A program made the position numbers and the translations under genes. From sequence record OR911938.1: DNA of 45,453 bases; one strand, written 5' to 3'. The stretch comes from Escherichia phage vB_EcoS_SD276. Position 1 is the stretch's first letter, and each line of letters opens with the position of its first letter. The notes beneath the pieces are model-generated. The model worked only from the letters and a program-made list of their open reading frames with translations. It did not search any database and had not been told where the DNA came from. Below are positions 44,061-45,453 of the stretch, piece after piece.

Positions 44061-45203
44061 ATGCACCCGCAAACCAAAATTACCGACGAGCAATTGATCG
44101 CAGAAATTCAGGCAGGGACTACGGTTAAAGAGATTGCGAAGAAATACGGCATTGCACTTCGTAACGTCTACATGCGCAAAGCCCGCCTGTCTAAAAAAGG
44201 GATTGGTCACGGCAATGATGCAGTGATCCGTAAGCGCGTTGCAGATGGGTTTGGAGTTAAGCGCGTGTCTGCCCTGGTGCGCGGCAATGGCGAAGAGGTC
44301 ATGTCGTGGGTCATCACTGAGCAGGACAAGGAGCGCCAACTCGAAGCCATGCGCGCTGTTGTCGAGGGTATGAACAGCGAAATCACACCGGCAGCGCCAG
44401 TAAACGCCCCGCCAGTACCGGTCCATGCGCTCGACTTGCTCAACCTGTACACCGTGTCAGACTTTCACCTGGGAATGCTGGCATGGGGTGAGGAGACTGG
44501 CGAAGACTGGGATATGGCGATTGCTGAAGACCTGTTCTACCGCTGGTTTGTCGAAGCCTTCGCCCGCGCACCGGACGCAGGAACTGCCGTTATCAATATC
44601 CTCGGGGATATGGCCCACTTTGACAGCCTTGATGCCGTCACACCAGCAAGCGGTCACGTACTGGACGCCGACACACGATACCAGAAACTTGTCCGCTATA
44701 TGATTCGCATGGTGCGCAACGTCGTCGAACTTGCCCTGCAAAAACACCACAAAGTCAAACTGCTAATCGTCCAGGGTAATCATGACGAGTCAGGCATGAT
44801 TTGGCTTGCTGAGATGTTCAACACGCTGTACGAGAACGAGCCGCGCGTCGATGTGGATACGTCCCCGGACGTCTACAAAATGGTGCAGCACGGTAAGACC
44901 ACGCTGTTTTTCCACCACGGGCACAAAGCGCGATTCGATGCTATCGAGCAGGTTATGATCGCCAAATTCAGACAGGCGTTCGGGTCGAGCGAATACAGCT
45001 ACGCGCACGTAGGCCATTTGCACCACCAGAAGATTGTTGAATCCCGCAACATGATTGTTGAACAGCACCGGACGCTCGCAGCGAAAGACGCCTACGCCAG
45101 TCGTGGCGGTTGGATGTCCGGTCGCAGCGCAAACGTCATCACCTATAGCGCCAACTACGGAGAAGTAGCGCGCTTAACCATTAGCCCGGAAATGTTGAAA
45201 TGA
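44061..45203 (+). CDS. calcineurin-like metallophosphoesterase with N-terminal HTH
   Basis: Phosphoesterase motifs DFHLG, GDMAHFD, GNHDE, HHGH, GHLHH; N-terminal TVKEIAKKYGIALRNVYMRKAR. Confidence 0.6.
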   Translation: MHPQTKITDEQLIAEIQAGTTVKEIAKKYGIALRNVYMRKARLSKKGIGHGNDAVIRKRVADGFGVKRVSALVRGNGEEVMSWVITEQDKERQLEAMRAVVEGMNSEITPAAPVNAPPVPVHALDLLNLYTVSDFHLGMLAWGEETGEDWDMAIAEDLFYRWFVEAFARAPDAGTAVINILGDMAHFDSLDAVTPASGHVLDADTRYQKLVRYMIRMVRNVVELALQKHHKVKLLIVQGNHDESGMIWLAEMFNTLYENEPRVDVDTSPDVYKMVQHGKTTLFFHHGHKARFDAIEQVMIAKFRQAFGSSEYSYAHVGHLHHQKIVESRNMIVEQHRTLAAKDAYASRGGWMSGRSANVITYSANYGEVARLTISPEMLK

Positions 45204-45412
45204 TCAGACAAGTATTCATGAGCACGCAGGCCACCCGCCTGAAAGAGCTACGCAAACAACTCGAAGGCTTGCGCCGATTCGAACGAACGGCAGCGGCAAT
45301 AGGCATGTCTATCAGCGAGCGGATCGAGATACTATCTCAAATACGCTACACAGAAGGCGCAATACGCGAAGTAGAAAGCATGTTAACCCGATACTACGGT
45401 CGCGCCGTTTAA
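45200..45412 (+). CDS. hypothetical protein (70 aa)
   Basis: Overlapping start with previous gene. Confidence 0.4.
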   Translation: MIRQVFMSTQATRLKELRKQLEGLRRFERTAAAIGMSISERIEILSQIRYTEGAIREVESMLTRYYGRAV

Positions 45413-45417
45413 CCCTC

Positions 45418-45447
45418 CCAGCCTGCCGATTTGGTGGGCTTTTTTGT
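45418..45447 (+). terminator. possible weak terminator at end of window
   Basis: Imperfect GC-rich stem followed by TTTTTTG. Confidence 0.3.
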
Positions 45448-45453
45448 GCCTGT

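Noticed and set aside
1-45453. Prophage / temperate lifestyle
   Set aside because: No integrase, excisionase, attachment-site repeats or CI/Cro-like repressor pair were recognisable by eye; cannot be fully excluded without a profile search

Overview
The window reads as an essentially complete ~45 kb genome of a tailed dsDNA phage of an enterobacterial-type host, linearised just upstream of the terminase genes. All calls rest on reading the six-frame ORF track and the sequence by eye (motifs, gene order, RBS/promoter/terminator patterns); no database search or HMM was run, so family names are recognition-based hypotheses. Layout: (1) a rightward late operon 77-24787 (terminase small/large, portal, Mu-F-like head protein, spanin pair, scaffold, major capsid, connector/neck proteins, major tail, G/GT chaperone with a -1 frameshift, tape measure, lambda-like tail tip M/L/K/I/J, lateral fibre with C-terminal chaperone domain); (2) two antisense insertions in that operon: a two-gene cassette of unknown function (5081-6264) and a lipoprotein plus beta-rich protein pair (21092-22340) that looks like a receptor-binding/superinfection-exclusion locus; (3) a leftward early/replication operon 37237->24815 (charged early protein, Cas4-like nuclease, SSB-like protein, family A DNA polymerase, VRR-NUC, SF2 helicase, compact C5-methyltransferase-like protein, HNH-like protein, Dam-like methyltransferase, HAD hydrolase, unknowns); (4) a rightward operon 37353->45412 (HTH protein, primase-polymerase/helicase, small unknown genes, holin-like proteins, lysozyme, Ig-like protein, HTH-metallophosphoesterase). 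No integrase or CI-type repressor was recognised, so the phage is probably virulent. The most unusual non-coding signal is a GGGACA-rich element present in two copies (inside the tail module and after the primase gene) that share an identical 53-bp hairpin module; the second copy sits among GCATTGGTTGCC iterons and may mark an origin. The best candidates for an undescribed system are the antisense cassette at 5081-6264, the methyltransferase/HAD/HNH block at 26051-28755, and the GGGACA elements.
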